Origin: Alphaproteobacteria bacterium
Lineage (GTDB): Bacteria > Pseudomonadota > Alphaproteobacteria > GCA-2731375
Assembly (NCBI GenBank): GCA_965232515.1
Contig: CBDDPY010000002.1
Span: 1,152,001 to 1,216,000, forward strand
Length of the DNA: 64,000 nucleotides
Direction: 5' to 3'
Shown: in pieces, positions 43,173-52,914 of the stretch
Layout of the letters: each line of letters opens with the position of its first letter
Position numbering within the stretch: the first letter of the stretch is position 1
The notes under the pieces: generated by a model
What the model was told of the DNA's origin: nothing
The model's database searches: none
The model's input: only the letters and a program-made list of their open reading frames with translations
Program-made: the position numbers and the translations under genes

Positions 43173-44243
43173 ATGGGCCAGGCCGTCTATTCCGCCCTGA
43201 AGCCGTTCGCCTATCCCGACCGGTTGGCCGCGCTCAGCCGCGACGACGGCTGGGCCGCGCCGGTGCATGTGCGGATCAAGCCGACCAACGTCTGCAACCA
43301 TGCCTGCTGGTTCTGCGCCTACCGCAATGACGGCGTCAGCCTGGGCAGCGGCATGACCGTGCGCGACAAGCTGCCGCGCGAGAAGATGCTGGAGATCGCC
43401 GACGACCTGATCGCCATGGGCGTCGAGGCCGTGACTTTCTCTGGCGGCGGCGAGCCGCTGATCTACCCGCATCTGGTCGAGGCCATCGAGCGCCTGGCCG
43501 CCGGCGGCATCAAGATCGGCGCGCTCACCAACGGCGCGCGGCTCAAGGGCAAGGTCGCGGACGCGCTGGCCGCGCATGCGAGCTGGCTCCGGGTGTCGAT
43601 CGACGGCTGGGACGGCGCCAGCTACGCCCGCTATCGCGGCGTCAAGGAAGACGCGTTCGAGGAGGTGATGGCGAACCTGACGGGCTTCGCCGATCGCGGC
43701 AGTGCGTGCGTGCTCGGCGCCAGCATCATCGTCGACCGGGACAATGCGTCGCACATCCATGAGCTCGCCGCCCGGCTCAAGGCCTGCGGCGTCAGCCATG
43801 CCAAGATCTCGCCCTGCATAACGTCGGACGACGGCGCCGAGACCAATGCCTACCACGCCGATATCTGGGACACGGTCCGGGCCGAGATCGAGAGAGCGCG
43901 GGCGCTCGACGACGACGGTTTCCGGGTGGTCGACCACTATCACGAGGCCGCCGTCGAGACGGCAAAGCCCTATGACCGCTGTCCGTTCGCACGGCTGCTA
44001 ACGGTGATCGGCGCGGACGCAAAGGTCTACTTTTGCCAGGACAAGGCCTATACCGAGAGTGGCTGCCTCGGCAGCATCGCCGACCGCCGTTTCGCCGACT
44101 TCTGGGCCGCGCCCGAGACGCGGGCGCGCCTCAACGCCCTCGACCCGTCGGCGACCTGCCGGCACCACTGCGTTGCCGACGCCAAGAACCGGCTGCTGTT
44201 GGATTACCTCTCCCTCGACCGGGAGCACATGGCGTTCGTCTAG
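43173..44243 (+). CDS. Radical SAM protein with SPASM/twitch-like C-terminus
   Basis: CNHACWFC, SGGGEPL; C-terminal CPF...IGADAKVYFC...CRHHC. Confidence 0.88.
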   Translation: MGQAVYSALKPFAYPDRLAALSRDDGWAAPVHVRIKPTNVCNHACWFCAYRNDGVSLGSGMTVRDKLPREKMLEIADDLIAMGVEAVTFSGGGEPLIYPHLVEAIERLAAGGIKIGALTNGARLKGKVADALAAHASWLRVSIDGWDGASYARYRGVKEDAFEEVMANLTGFADRGSACVLGASIIVDRDNASHIHELAARLKACGVSHAKISPCITSDDGAETNAYHADIWDTVRAEIERARALDDDGFRVVDHYHEAAVETAKPYDRCPFARLLTVIGADAKVYFCQDKAYTESGCLGSIADRRFADFWAAPETRARLNALDPSATCRHHCVADAKNRLLLDYLSLDREHMAFV

Positions 44244-44379
44244 GGGGAGGGAGGGGGTCGCGCACGTGAGATCGCGGAACAACCCCATGCACAGGAACGT
44301 CAAGAAAAAAGAATCTCGAGAAATCAACTGATTACGGCATTTCGATAAGTGTCGAAATGTCGTCAGGCACAGAGTGATT

Positions 44380-44814
44380 TCAGTCGTCGATCAGACGGAT
44401 GTCGAAGGCGCCGTTGAGGGAGTTGCTGACGGTGCAGGCCGCCTTGGCCTTTGCCAACAGATCTCGGGCCGTGGCCGGATCGTCCGCGAAACCGGGATCG
44501 ACGCGGATCTCGTAATTCTCGACCCTGTTCGGCAGGTCGGCGGCCTTGCGGCCCGCGACGGTGACATCGACCGGGCCGATGGCCTGTTTGGCGCTCGTCG
44601 CGGCGATCTCGATCGAGCGGGCAATGCAGGCGCCGAGCGCGGCGAGGAGGATTTCGACGGGCGAGCCGGAGGGGGCGGCATCGGCCTCGCCGTAGCTGAG
44701 CGCGCCGGCGCCGTCGAGATGGATGTGGACCGGCCCGTAGGCCTTTGGTTTCGGGGTGATCTTGACCACGGCTTGTTCCTTTGCGAGAGCGGCCGGCCCG
44801 AGCTCAGAAGGCAC
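44380..44814 (-). CDS. OsmC family protein
   Basis: SPVEILLAALGAC ... CTVSNSL. Confidence 0.85.
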   Translation of the reverse strand: MPSELGPAALAKEQAVVKITPKPKAYGPVHIHLDGAGALSYGEADAAPSGSPVEILLAALGACIARSIEIAATSAKQAIGPVDVTVAGRKAADLPNRVENYEIRVDPGFADDPATARDLLAKAKAACTVSNSLNGAFDIRLIDD

Positions 44815-46093
44815 GGTCGGGCAGGAAAAGGGCGATATCGGGCGCGACGGTGAGAATGGCGACCGCCAGCAGCAGGATGGCCCAATAGGGAATTGTCGCG
44901 ACGGCGACGCGGCCGAGGCTGACGGCGTTATCGGTCAGCGCCGCCAGGACCGAGAGGTTGAGGCCGACCGGCGGTGTCACCTGGCCGATCTCGATCATGA
45001 TGGTGATGATGACGCCGATCCAGACCGGATCGAAGCCGAAGCCGACGAGCAGCGGGAAGACGATGGGCAGCGTCATGATCATCAGTGACAGGCCGTCGAA
45101 GATACAGCCGAGCAGCAGGTAGATCAGGATGATGAGCGCGAAGACGCCGTACTTGCCGAGGCCGCTCGCCTCGGTCGCCTCGAGGATCGCCTGGGGCACG
45201 CCGAGGATGCTGACCGATTGTGCGAGGATCGTCGCGCCGAGCACGACGAAGCCGATGGCCGTGAACAGCAGCGTCGACCGGTAGATGGCCGACACGAGCT
45301 TGCCGACGGTGAGATCGCCCCAGACGAAGGCGATGAGGATGGCGACACAGACGCCGACGCCGGCGGCCTCGGTGGGCGTCGCGAGGCCGAGCATGATGCT
45401 GCCCATGATCGCGAAGATGAGGATCAGGATCGGCCAGATGCGCAAGCTGCCGACAAGGATCTGCCGCAACGGGATGCGACGGTCGTCGCGGGGCGCGAGA
45501 TGCGGCGCGCGCAGGCAGAGCAGCAGGATGTAGAGCATGAACAGCAGGCTGACCATCAGCCCCGGCAGGATGCCGGCCATGAACAGGCGGCCGATCGAGG
45601 TTTCGGTGAGCGCGCCGAAGATCAAGAGCGACAGGCTGGGTGGGATGAGCAAGCCCAGCGTGCCGCCGCCCGCGAGGCTGCCGACCACGGCCTCCTTGTC
45701 GTAGCCGCGCTTCACCATCTCGGGATAGGCGACCGACCCGACGGCGGCGGCGGTCGACAGGCTCGAGCCGCTAACTGCGCCGAACAGCGTGCAGACCGCG
45801 ATGTTGGTGTGCAGCAGGCCGCCCGGGATGCGGGCGAAGACCGGCGTGAAGGCGGTATAGGCGCGCTCGCTGACGCCGCTGCGCAGGAGGATCTCGCCCA
45901 GCAGAATGAACATCGGAATGGCGCTGAGGGTGAAGTTGTTGAAGACGTTCCAGATCGCATCGATGGCGAGCGACGTGGCGCCGTCGACAAAGACGTGCAG
46001 GATGACCATACCGGTCAGCCCCAGCGCCACGCCCAGCGCGACCCCGGTGCCGGCGGCGATGATCAGCAGGCCCGCGAGCGTCGTCCAGAACAT
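44804..46093 (-). CDS. dctM: TRAP transporter large permease
   Basis: AIPMFIL, GTLGLLIPPS, ATPTEAA, TPPVGLNL. Confidence 0.93.
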   Translation of the reverse strand: MFWTTLAGLLIIAAGTGVALGVALGLTGMVILHVFVDGATSLAIDAIWNVFNNFTLSAIPMFILLGEILLRSGVSERAYTAFTPVFARIPGGLLHTNIAVCTLFGAVSGSSLSTAAAVGSVAYPEMVKRGYDKEAVVGSLAGGGTLGLLIPPSLSLLIFGALTETSIGRLFMAGILPGLMVSLLFMLYILLLCLRAPHLAPRDDRRIPLRQILVGSLRIWPILILIFAIMGSIMLGLATPTEAAGVGVCVAILIAFVWGDLTVGKLVSAIYRSTLLFTAIGFVVLGATILAQSVSILGVPQAILEATEASGLGKYGVFALIILIYLLLGCIFDGLSLMIMTLPIVFPLLVGFGFDPVWIGVIITIMIEIGQVTPPVGLNLSVLAALTDNAVSLGRVAVATIPYWAILLLAVAILTVAPDIALFLPDRAF

Positions 46094-46194
46094 GGGCGAT
46101 GGCTACCTGAGCTCTTGGGTGTCGCCAGGCGTCGGAGCCCGGCAGGAAATGACTTGAAGCATCACAACAGCCTAGAGGAAGGCGACCACCCGTC

Positions 46195-46278
46195 GTCATT
46201 GCCGGACTTGATCCGACAATCCAGGCGGCGTTTGCCTTCGCCGGGACGCTGGATCACCGGGTCAAGCCCGGCGATGAC
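46195..46278. repeat. Alphaproteobacterial palindromic repeat (RPE/REP-like)
   Basis: GTCATTGCCGGACTTGATCCGACAATCCA...TGGATCACCGGGTCAAGCCCGGCGATGAC. Confidence 0.8.
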
Positions 46279-46327
46279 AAGAGCGGCGCCGAGAACGTCT
46301 TGCCGCCACTGGATTCGAATTGGGCTC

Positions 46328-46849
46328 TCATGAGATTTGGTCGGCGGGCGCGGTCTTCGTTTCGGGCAGCAGTCTCAGTAGGCGCGCGGCATAGATCACG
46401 CCCGTCAGGATGACGGAGACCGGGAGCAGGGCCATCCAGGGGTAGAGCAGCAGGCGCGACGTCTCGGTCTGGAGGTTGAGGCGAATGGCGAATTCGAGCC
46501 AGGGCAGGGCTTCGATCGCGAGCCAGGCGCAGAACCCCACGCCCAGCAGCGCCGCCAGGCCGGCCAGCACCGCGCGTCCCCCGGGGCGAAGCGCGTTCTC
46601 GACGATGGTCACGCGCACATGGTCGGCCCGAAGCGTCACCATGGGCAGGGCCAGGAACAGCGATGCGCCCATGAGCAGCCCCACCAGTTCCTCGGTGAAG
46701 AAGAACGGCGCGTTCACCAGCTTGCGCATGACCACGCTGAGGACCACGAGGCCGACGATCGCGGTCATGGCGGTCGCCGCGAGGACGGCGAGGGCGAGGG
46801 CGGTCAGTTCCAGCCCCCGCCCGACCAGCCGGGTCAGCGTCGCGCGCAT
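46328..46849 (-). CDS. dctQ: TRAP transporter small permease
   Basis: Four TM helices; VVMRK...TEEL...HVRV; lies between dctP and dctM. Confidence 0.88.
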   Translation of the reverse strand: MRATLTRLVGRGLELTALALAVLAATAMTAIVGLVVLSVVMRKLVNAPFFFTEELVGLLMGASLFLALPMVTLRADHVRVTIVENALRPGGRAVLAGLAALLGVGFCAWLAIEALPWLEFAIRLNLQTETSRLLLYPWMALLPVSVILTGVIYAARLLRLLPETKTAPADQIS

Positions 46850-46867
46850 ACCGCGTCGCGGCTGACG

Positions 46868-47878
46868 TCAGCGCCCGAGCGCCTTCAAGACGCGTTGACG
46901 ATATTCGGGCGCGGCGCCGCCGGCCTCGTCGGCCATCTCCTTCCAGGTCACCGCGACCGCGTCCAGGAACGCCTTGCGGTCCTCGGTCGGAAAGTCGTCG
47001 AGCCATGTCACGCCCTGGCTGACGAGCTTCTCGCGCGCCGCCAGCTCGCGCTCGTGGTCATCCGAATACTCGTTCGTGCGCTGCCAGACTTTGTCGGCGG
47101 CCTGCGTGATCGCCGCCTTGTTCTCGTCGGACAGCGAGGCCCATTTCCTGGTCGAGACGCCGAGCACATAGGGACCGGCGGCCATGGGATAGAGGAACGA
47201 GCCGTATTTCGCGACTTCCTGCAGGGAGACGGTATGCGCGTAGAGAGCCGGATAGACGGCGCAATCGACCACGCCCGTCTTCATCGCGACATACATCTCC
47301 TCCTGCGGGATGATCTGCGCGGCGATGCCGAGACGCGTGAACGAGTCGACCTGATCCTTGGCCCAGACCCGCAGCTTTTTCGTCTTCAGCGCCGCGAGCG
47401 TGCGCACCGGCTCGTCGCGGCAGAAGATCGAGGCCTCGAGCATGGGAATGGCCATGTAGCCCGCGGCCACCACGTCCCACTTCGCGAACTCCTCCTCGTA
47501 GATCTGCTGGACGACGGGCAGCGCTTTCTCGAGCTCCTCGACCGTGCCGATCGAGCCCTGAACGAACACCGAGCTCAATGCCGGCGCGTCGCGGCCGACA
47601 TAGTTGGCCCAGACCAGGCTCATATCCACCGCGCCCTTGGGCAGGAACCGCAGCGCGTCGGGGTTCTTCAGACCGAGCGAGCCGCCGTTATAGACCTTGA
47701 CCGTGAATTCCCCGCCGGTCGCGGCCTTCACGTCCTCGGCGAACTGCATCAGTTCCTTGGTCTCGGGCCGCGTTTCGGGCAGCGGATTGTTGAACCGCCA
47801 TTCGAGCGCCGAGGCCGGCGAGGCCAGGAAAGCGCCGGCCGCTAGGCCCAGGACAAGACTGCGCATTTCGATTTTCAT
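46868..47878 (-). CDS. dctP: TRAP transporter substrate-binding protein
   Basis: Signal peptide; [27 protein letters not shown]. Confidence 0.9.
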   Translation of the reverse strand: MKIEMRSLVLGLAAGAFLASPASALEWRFNNPLPETRPETKELMQFAEDVKAATGGEFTVKVYNGGSLGLKNPDALRFLPKGAVDMSLVWANYVGRDAPALSSVFVQGSIGTVEELEKALPVVQQIYEEEFAKWDVVAAGYMAIPMLEASIFCRDEPVRTLAALKTKKLRVWAKDQVDSFTRLGIAAQIIPQEEMYVAMKTGVVDCAVYPALYAHTVSLQEVAKYGSFLYPMAAGPYVLGVSTRKWASLSDENKAAITQAADKVWQRTNEYSDDHERELAAREKLVSQGVTWLDDFPTEDRKAFLDAVAVTWKEMADEAGGAAPEYRQRVLKALGR

Positions 47879-48101
47879 GTTTTTCTCCGCGTTTCTTCGT
47901 TGTGAACCCCGCCTCACGGCGAAACGGCTCAACCGTTTTTGCGTCCGTTGTTAGCTTTCGATCTTAGCGTGTCGGATCGTTCACGGGAAATCTGCGGGAG
48001 CTGTTGTGGTTTCGTCTGGGGACGACAGACAACGATCTGGCCAATTCTCCGTGGGATGATTAGGCTCGGGCGCCCGGCAGGTAGCCCAGTTGACTGTGCG
48101 T

Positions 48102-49133
48102 ATGACGGATTCATCACAGAACCAGGACGAGCGTCCGATCCCGGTGACCCTGATCACGGGGTTTCTGGGCAGCGGCAAGACGACGTTGCTGTCGCATCTG
48201 CTGGCACAGACGGCGGCCGTGCCGACGGCGGTGCTGGTTAACGAGTTCGGCGAGATCGGGCTGGATCACGATCTGATCCGCCGGGGCGACGATCAGCTGA
48301 TCGAGTTGAGCAACGGCTGCATCTGCTGCGCCATGCAGGAGGACCTGGTGGCGACGCTGGGCGATCTGATGGCGCGGCGCGGGCAGGGCGACATCGCGGC
48401 GTTCCGGCGCGTGGCCATGGAAACCAGCGGGCTCGCCGACCCGGCGCCGATCGTGCAGACCCTGCTGACCTATCCGTATCTCGCCGAGACATTCCGTCTG
48501 GACGCGGTCATCACGACCGTCGATGCGGTGAATGGCGGCGCGACATTGGACAAGCATCCCGAGGCGGTCAAGCAGGCGGCGCTTGCCGACCGTCTGATCC
48601 TGACCAAGACCGACCTTGTCGACGACGATGCGGCCGACGCGCTGACGGCGCGCCTGCAGCGGCTCAACGCCGGCGCGCGTCGTCTGACCGTCGTCAATGG
48701 GACGGTCGCGCCCGAAGCGCTGTTCGACATCGGCGTGCACGATCCTGATGTGGCCGGCGCGCGGGTGCAGGACTGGCTCGGCGAGACCGGGCAGCATGCG
48801 CACGACCACAGTGTCGATATCGAAACCTTCTGCGTCGTGCGCGACCGGCCCGTGGCGCCTGCGGCTTTCGCTGACTTCCTGCGCCGGCTAAGCGTCGAGT
48901 GCGGCCCCGACCTGCTGCGGGTCAAGGGACTGGTCAACGTGGCCGGCTATCCCAACCGGCCGGCGGTGATCCATGGCGTGCAGCAGGCCTTCCACCCACC
49001 GGTCTGGCTGGATCGGTGGCCGAGCGCCGACCGGCGCACGCGGATCGTCGCCATCACGCGGGGCGCGGTAAAGGACTGGATCACCGACGCGCTGGAGGCT
49101 GTCGACGGTCCCGGCGCGCAGGCGGCCCAGTAG
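48102..49133 (+). CDS. CobW/COG0523 family metallochaperone GTPase
   Basis: GFLGSGKTT, NEFGEIG, GCICC, ETSGLADP, LLRVKG. Confidence 0.92.
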   Translation: MTDSSQNQDERPIPVTLITGFLGSGKTTLLSHLLAQTAAVPTAVLVNEFGEIGLDHDLIRRGDDQLIELSNGCICCAMQEDLVATLGDLMARRGQGDIAAFRRVAMETSGLADPAPIVQTLLTYPYLAETFRLDAVITTVDAVNGGATLDKHPEAVKQAALADRLILTKTDLVDDDAADALTARLQRLNAGARRLTVVNGTVAPEALFDIGVHDPDVAGARVQDWLGETGQHAHDHSVDIETFCVVRDRPVAPAAFADFLRRLSVECGPDLLRVKGLVNVAGYPNRPAVIHGVQQAFHPPVWLDRWPSADRRTRIVAITRGAVKDWITDALEAVDGPGAQAAQ

Positions 49134-49136
49134 GCG

Positions 49137-50585
49137 ATGCGCATCCAACTCGAGCAACAGAGCGCGATCGTCGACCTGGCCGGCGGCGCCGAAATGAGCG
49201 CCGTCGCGCTCGAGGCGGCGGTGGCCACGCGAACGGCGCTGTTGCGCGCGCGCGGGCTCGGCCGGGGCGGGTACGCGGTGATCGCCCATGGCGGCACGCC
49301 GGCGTTTTTCGCCGATCTGCTGGCGGTCTGGCGGACCGGCGCCTGCGCGGCCTGCGTCAATCCGGGCCTCGCAGATGCGGAGCTCGCCAATGTTGTGCAC
49401 TTCCTGAAGCCCGCCGTGCTGCTGGTCGACGAGGCGTTCGCCGGGGACGGGCTCGACCTGCCGGTTCTGCGGGTCGGCGAACTGGCAGGCGCGACACCCG
49501 ACGACGACGCGGCGGATACGGCGCTGGACGACCCGGCGCTGATCCTGTTCACCTCGGGCACGACGGGCGCGCCGAAGGGGGTGGTGCACAGCTTCCGCTC
49601 GCTGCTGGCGCGGGTGGCGTTGAACCGGACGCATATCGGCGACGCGACGCTGCGAACGGCGCTGTGCGTGTTGCCGACGCATTTCGGCCATGGCCTGATC
49701 GGCAACTGCCTGACGCCGCTCTTGGCCGGCGGGCGGCTGCTGCTGTTCCAGAACATGGGGCTGCGCGAGATGGCGGGCCTGGGCGGGCTGATCGACGACC
49801 GCGGCGTGACGTTCATGAGCTCGGTACCGGCGTTCTGGAAGCTCGCCAGCAAGGCGGGCCGGCCGCCAGCGACGCGTACGCTCCGGCAAGTCAATATCGG
49901 CTCGGCGCCGCTGTCGGCGGAACTCTGGCGCACGGTGATGGACTGGTGCGGCACCGACCACGTGGTCAACATGTACGGCATCACCGAGACGGCGAACTGG
50001 GCGGCCGGCGCATCGGCGCGCGACGCCGCGCCCGAAGACGGTCTGGTCGGGACGATGTGGGGCGGCCGGGCCGCCGTGCTGGCGGACGACGGCGCGGTCT
50101 CGGCGGCGGGCGAGGGGGAGATCCTGCTGCAGACGCCGTCGCTGATGACGGGCTATCACCAGCGCCCGGATTTGAGCGGCGAGGTGCTGCGGGCCGGCTG
50201 GTTCCACACCGGCGATATCGGCGCGATCGACGACGGCGGCGTCATCCGCCTGTCGGGCCGGGCCAAGAGCGAGATCAACCGTGCCGGCATCAAGGTGCAC
50301 CCCGAGGAGGTCGACCTGCTGCTGGAACGGCATCCTGATGTGGCCGAGGCCTGCACGTTTGGCGTGCCCGACGCGATCAGCGGCGAGATCGTCGGCGCCG
50401 CGGTTTGCTTGGCGGGCGATGCCGCCGTCACGCCGGCCGACCTGCGGGCCTGGTGCCTGGAGCGCATGCGGCGCGAAGGCGTGCCGGAAAAGTGGTATGT
50501 GGTGGACCGGATTCCGAAGACCGACCGCGGCAAGATCAACCGCGAGGCGGTCCGGGCTTACGCGGAAGGTTTGAGTAAGACGTGA
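49137..50585 (+). CDS. Adenylate-forming (ANL) enzyme
   Basis: FTSGTTGAPKG, YGITE, TGD, PKTDRGKI. Confidence 0.9.
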   Translation: MRIQLEQQSAIVDLAGGAEMSAVALEAAVATRTALLRARGLGRGGYAVIAHGGTPAFFADLLAVWRTGACAACVNPGLADAELANVVHFLKPAVLLVDEAFAGDGLDLPVLRVGELAGATPDDDAADTALDDPALILFTSGTTGAPKGVVHSFRSLLARVALNRTHIGDATLRTALCVLPTHFGHGLIGNCLTPLLAGGRLLLFQNMGLREMAGLGGLIDDRGVTFMSSVPAFWKLASKAGRPPATRTLRQVNIGSAPLSAELWRTVMDWCGTDHVVNMYGITETANWAAGASARDAAPEDGLVGTMWGGRAAVLADDGAVSAAGEGEILLQTPSLMTGYHQRPDLSGEVLRAGWFHTGDIGAIDDGGVIRLSGRAKSEINRAGIKVHPEEVDLLLERHPDVAEACTFGVPDAISGEIVGAAVCLAGDAAVTPADLRAWCLERMRREGVPEKWYVVDRIPKTDRGKINREAVRAYAEGLSKT

Positions 50586-51160
50586 TGGACTGGCAGCCGG
50601 GCGAGCCGCTGACGCTTCCGACGCCGCGCTTCACCGTGCGGACGACGACGATCTACGACGTGACCGAGAGCATGGTCGCCTGGATGGCCGATCCCGAGGT
50701 GATGATCACGCTGAACTCGACCGGGCGCGAGATCACGCTTGCGCAGATGAAACGGCAGGTGAAGCAGTACGACAACCGGCGCAATTTTCATCTGAGCGTG
50801 TTCGACAAGCGCGACGACACCGCCATCGGCTTCTACACGGTGAACTGCAAGCCGTGGCACCGCACCGCCGAGACCGCGGTGGTGATCGGCAACCGCGATT
50901 ACTGGGGCCAGAACGTGGTCATCGAGACGCGGTCGGCGATCCTGGATTTCCTGTTCGACGTGATGGACCTGCACAAGGTGACCGGCCTGCCGTTCGCCCG
51001 CAACTTTCCGTCCGTCTTCAACTACAAGGCGCTCGGCTTCCGCTGCGAGGGCGTGTTCCGCGAGCATCTGCGCAGTGTCGAGGGCGGCCGGCTGGACCAG
51101 TGCCTGTTCGGTCTGCTGCGCGACGAGTGGCATGCGCACCGGGAGACCCTGCAGCGATGA
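50582..51160 (+). CDS. RimJ/RimL-type GNAT N-acyltransferase
   Basis: IGNRDYWGQ, DLHKV, NFPSVFNYKALGFRCEG; GTGA overlap with the upstream gene. Confidence 0.85.
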   Translation: MMDWQPGEPLTLPTPRFTVRTTTIYDVTESMVAWMADPEVMITLNSTGREITLAQMKRQVKQYDNRRNFHLSVFDKRDDTAIGFYTVNCKPWHRTAETAVVIGNRDYWGQNVVIETRSAILDFLFDVMDLHKVTGLPFARNFPSVFNYKALGFRCEGVFREHLRSVEGGRLDQCLFGLLRDEWHAHRETLQR

Positions 51161-51405
51161 CCGACCAGCACGCCGGCAACGGCTACGAGCGGGCCCGGAC
51201 GATCCTGGCCGAAGCGCTGAACCTGGAGACCGCGGCCATCGACGCCGAGGCCTCGATCATGACGCTCGAGGCCTGGGACAGCCTGGCGCATATGCGCCTG
51301 ATCGCCGCGGTCGAGGACGACCTGGCGGTGCAGCTGGAACCGGACGCCATCGTCTCGATCGCGAGCCTGGCCGACGTCGTCAAGATCATCGAGGATCACG
51401 GCTGA
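51157..51405 (+). CDS. Acyl carrier protein
   Basis: 82 aa, acidic, WDSLAHMRLI phosphopantetheine site; ATGA overlap with the GNAT gene. Confidence 0.88.
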   Translation: MTDQHAGNGYERARTILAEALNLETAAIDAEASIMTLEAWDSLAHMRLIAAVEDDLAVQLEPDAIVSIASLADVVKIIEDHG

Positions 51406-51451
51406 CGGCGCGCGGCATGTCATTGCGGCCGTCCAATGCCTTGGCGGCGCC

Positions 51452-51727
51452 TGTCGGTGATCTTTACACTTCGCCCGCCGACGCCGTCCGCCAGACTAAT
51501 TTTGGCCGGCGGCGTTCCAGGCTTTTGAAAACAGTGGCTTATTAACGTTTGCTGTTGGTTTGCAGCAGGCGAGACGGCCACGAATTCGCTTCGTTTTGCG
51601 GTCGTTCGGCGTGGAATTCTGTCGGGATTTTTTACAAGGCGCCGAGCGACGTAAAGCGACGCCAACCGCACCTGCGCCGTAACCTGTTGATTTAATTGGC
51701 TAACATCAATCCGGTACAGTTCTTGCT
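51452..51727 (+). promoter_or_regulatory. Sigma-54 promoter cassette 1 (two enhancer boxes, IHF site, -24/-12)
   Basis: TGTCGG-N5-TTTACA at 51452 and 51620; TAACCTGTTGATT (51680-51692) is the reverse of IHF consensus WATCAA-N4-TTR; CCGGTACAGTTCTTGCT with GG-N10-GC at 51713/51725. Confidence 0.8.
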
Positions 51728-51832
51728 GAATGGACGGCAGCTTGGTTAACGGCGTCCCGGCAGGGACGACATGGATTCGATTTGGCGTCGTGGGGAGTCG
51801 CGTTGCCAGGGGAATTGGGGAGTAGTTCGACC

Positions 51833-52540
51833 ATGCAAGACAGCACAGTTACGCCGGCATCCACGGCATCGACCCATGTTTATCGCGTCGGCACGGCGAG
51901 TGCGCTGGCGCTCGGCGCCGGGTTGGCGGGCCTGAGCGAAGCCCAGGCGACCGTCATCCTGACCGATGTCAATGCCGAGGTCTCGGACGACGTCCAGGAC
52001 TTTGACGTGAACGACGACGGCATTGACGAACTGACGATCCAAGACCTTGACGGCGAGTTTGCGAGCGCGGAAGGGGGGCCGTCGTTGAAGGTGGCGTTCA
52101 CCTTCCTCGACCCGGACAAGCCGTTTTTTCTGACTCGGTTCGATTACGGCGACACGATCGGGGCCGCGACCTTTGGCCCCTCGAAGAAGGAAGCCTTCTT
52201 TTATAAGAAGTCTTTCTTCGTCAAGGGCAAAGGCAAGATCGACACTCAGGGTTTAAGCCCCTGGGAAGATGGCGAACGCGGCTTTTTCGGAATCTTCATG
52301 CCCGAGGGCACGATCAAGAAAGGCGGCTATTTCGGCTATGTCGAGGCACAGTTCTCGCCCGGCAACACCGTGACGATCTTCCGGATCGGCTTCGAGGACG
52401 AACTCAATACGCCGATCACCATCCGGAACGCCACGCAGGTGCCGGCGCCGGGCGGCATCGGCCTGCTGGCGCTGGGCGCGGCCGGCATCCTGGCCTACCG
52501 CCGGCGGCAGCGGAAGCAGGCGGTAACGGCCGCGGCTTGA
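51833..52540 (+). CDS. PEP-CTERM-like (VPAPG) sorted surface protein, paralog 1
   Basis: Signal peptide ending AQA; C-terminal VPAPG, hydrophobic helix, RRRQRK. Confidence 0.85.
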   Translation: MQDSTVTPASTASTHVYRVGTASALALGAGLAGLSEAQATVILTDVNAEVSDDVQDFDVNDDGIDELTIQDLDGEFASAEGGPSLKVAFTFLDPDKPFFLTRFDYGDTIGAATFGPSKKEAFFYKKSFFVKGKGKIDTQGLSPWEDGERGFFGIFMPEGTIKKGGYFGYVEAQFSPGNTVTIFRIGFEDELNTPITIRNATQVPAPGGIGLLALGAAGILAYRRRQRKQAVTAAA

Positions 52541-52543
52541 GCC

Positions 52544-52809
52544 TGTCGGCAAGCTTTACAAACCACCCGACGACGACGTCCGCCGGCCAAACGTTGGCCG
52601 GCGGCAATCTAGGTCGTTGAAAACAAAGGCTTATTAACTTTTCCTGTTGGCCTGCAACAAGTAAGACGGCCGCGATTTCGAACGATTTTGCGGCCGTTCG
52701 GGATGGAACCGTGTCGGGATATTTTACACCGGGCCGAGAGACGCGAGCCATGCCCGCGTCGTAACCCATTGATTTAATTGAACTACGTCAAGCTGGTACG
52801 GATTTTGCG
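52544..52809 (+). promoter_or_regulatory. Sigma-54 promoter cassette 2 (duplicate of cassette 1)
   Basis: TGTCGG-N5-TTTACA at 52544 and 52712; TAACCCATTGATT (52762-52774); CTGGTACGGATTTTGCG with GG-N10-GC at 52795/52807. Confidence 0.8.
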
Positions 52810-52914
52810 GAGAATTCGGCAGCTTGGTTAACGATGTCCGAGCCGGCATACATCGGATTCGAATTGGCGTCGCGTTCCGTCGCGTTGCCAGCGCAAGGGG
52901 GTAAACTTTCGACC

